The notes under the pieces were generated by a model, which was not told the DNA's origin, ran no database searches, and worked only from the letters and a program-made list of their open reading frames with translations. A stretch of 64,000 bases of DNA, taken from NCBI GenBank assembly GCA_040954595.2, contig CM082584.2, positions 186,001 to 250,000 on the forward strand, in the 5' to 3' direction. A program made the position numbers and the translations under genes. Shown one piece after another: positions 61,969 to 64,000 of the stretch (positions are counted from its first letter, which is position 1; every line of letters begins with the position of its first letter). This DNA comes from Balanoglossus misakiensis. Lineage: Eukaryota > Animalia > Hemichordata.

Positions 61969-62085
61969 CTGTACACTCTCCATTGACCAATCAATATTCC
62001 ACAGCACAAGTGCAATAAAAAGAGCCTGCTGTATTCACACACTGGCCTCCACAAAGATCTGCTCTCTCCATATATTCATTGACAT
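61969..62085 (-). pseudogene. Calcium-binding EGF exon with Cys to Tyr and in-frame TGA, DVNEYMERADLCGGQCVNTAGSFYCTCAVEY*LVNGECT
   Basis: cag acceptor, GTAAGA donor, 117 bp, phase 1-1. Confidence 0.82.
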
Positions 62086-62415
62086 CTGAAATCAAAGATA
62101 GTTATTATTAATAAATTTATTATTATTTATTTCCTAACAAATGTAATACACATCCATCTCAGTGCATTTTCTACAGAAAATAATAAAATTAGAAAACAAG
62201 TGAAAGCTTAAAGGATAAAAATTACACTTAAAAACCCCAAACAAACAGAAACAGTTCTGAAAGACAATCCCTATAAACCAAAAAAGCAATGGAATGAAAT
62301 AGTGCTGAATAAAAGGACGAGTCTTAAAAACCCCTTTGAAAACTGTCAATAGATCCAGCATTGTGGATAGAAGGTGCACAAACACTGAATCCTCTTTAGC
62401 CATATGCCTTGTTAA

Positions 62416-63210
62416 GATGGGTCCCCCGTATCTTTTTGCCCGTTGCTATGGGCCTATATAGGACATTACACCCCGATTTGGACTAAGCCGTTTTCAGAGT
62501 CTAACAAGGGGCTGGCAACAAGTTGAAAATCTGCACGATTGTGAGCGCGCGCCCCCTGACGCCATTGATATGCAATTTAGCTAGGTCAAATTTCAAAAAG
62601 CCTAAGGCTTTTTATTCCGTGACCTAAAAAACGAACTTGATACGTATTCATTAGTTGCTCGAACCAGGGAAGATCGTGACGGATTTTGTTTTCGAATATT
62701 ATCGTTGTATCCTACGATTTCAGCATACCCGTACCACACCTGAAAAAGTCATCGATTTTGGGTGTTTTTGGACGCACTATTCCACCGGTATCGCTTCTTA
62801 GCACGATGAAAACTGAAAAAACGATCTGTCACACTGTGCGGAAGTACGTTCTCAACAAGCAGGTCAAATTTGGCTGGCCTACGTCGCCTGTGAAAAAAGG
62901 CTTAGGGATTTTTGTGAACGGTGCAAAATCTCTGTGTACAAAACATTGGATTTTTAGCGTTCGATCCAGTTACTGTGGTTACGGGACGCGCACGCTATCG
63001 CTGACCGCTGCTTTGCCGTATTAGCGTGGCGGCCTATGGCCGGGCGGTAGCTGCCGTAACCATACTCGGACAGAGTGTGTGCACACTATCGTGCGTATTT
63101 TTAACTGGTTACAAGCCCCTTGTCGGACGTTTATAACGGTTTCGATCAAAATTGAGTGTAATGTCCTGTAAAGGCCCATAGCAATGGGCAAAAAGATAAG
63201 GGGTCCCATC
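62416..63210. mobile_element. TTAA-specific MITE with purine termini (Kolobok-like)
   Basis: TTAA|GATGGG... CCCATC|TTAA; ~130-bp degenerate TIRs. Confidence 0.8.
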
Positions 63211-63828
63211 TTAAGTTTTGAAATGATCATTCACGGTGATGAGTTATCAAGAATATACCCGTTAAAAATTACTGTACCCTCAGAGAAGCATTTTGTAATG
63301 TCTTTAAAATTTGATGAAAACTATATGAATTTTCTAAGTGTATATTTATTCATTTGCAGAGGTAATTTACTTAGCTATAGGTTGATAATTTATGTTAATT
63401 TCAATGAATTATGCAAATAAGTAGTGAAAATACTTGTACATGAATATATCAGACAGTCTTATAGTGTCGTGTGAGGTTGATGACACATATTCTTAACCAC
63501 ATATTTCTTGATCAATTAATTGTGTTTACACCAAAGTCCTCAATATCCATGGCAATCTCTTCCTAGGAATTGTAACACTCTCTCCAAAATCCCCTGAAAC
63601 TTGTGTACCCTGTCAGCAAAACTTTGTCTGATTTTTAAAATACAGATTACTTTTTCACCCTTGCAAACACATTTTCAAAGATAAGTTTTCACATTTGTTA
63701 ATTTGTTTATATTATGCATAATTATAATTGGAACAATTCTAAGATACAATTTCAACAAACATGTGTTCAGTACGAGTGTGCGGTTGATTTCAAATTTTAA
63801 AATGTGTGCAATGGATAGACAGGATGTG

Positions 63829-64000
63829 TGTTTAGCTGATTGTAACCATAGCAATATGCAATCCCCAAAAACAGTGTAGCCACAGAAGAGACCAATGTTT
63901 AGCTGATTGTAACCATAGCAATATACAATCCCCAAACAATGTAGCCACAGAAGAGACCAATGTTTAGCTGATTGTAACCATAGCAATATACAATCCCCAA
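63829..64000 (+). repeat. ~65-bp minisatellite running off the window end
   Basis: tgtttagctgattgtaaccatagcaata... repeated about 2.6 times. Confidence 0.9.

Noticed and set aside
61969-62085. In-frame TGA as possible selenocysteine
   Set aside because: It is not at a Cys position, the exon has also lost a Cys, and neighbouring exons have TAG/TAA stops and frameshifts.

Overview
AT-rich, intron-containing animal genomic DNA. A marine invertebrate deuterostome is plausible, but that is inference. No intact host gene is visible. The minus strand carries a decayed multi-exon gene or gene mosaic for an extracellular Cys-rich protein: 3 calcium-binding-EGF exons (62.1-45.1 kb), 6 GCC2/GCC3 (ephrin-receptor-like) Cys-repeat exons, and about 12 exons each encoding an unusual 8-cysteine EGF variant. 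Many exons have stops or frameshifts. Much of this region occurs twice (copy A ~1-18.5 kb, copy B ~28.5-43.3 kb, roughly 98-99% identical by eye), so each copy supplies empty sites for insertions in the other. The rest is dense, nested transposable elements. A young Gypsy LTR element (5891-13820) has its gag split by a 3-kb element with inverted 69-bp arrays and a tyrosine-recombinase-like footprint. A 13.2-kb Academ (XPG/Cys-finger type) relic has an OTU-like protease domain inside its transposase. Also present are Crypton-like elements with an A...A'B'...B end architecture, MITEs of Transib-like, P-like, piggyBac, Kolobok-like and AcademH-like type, Helentron-like repeats and LINE fragments. 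All calls are by eye; no database searches were run.
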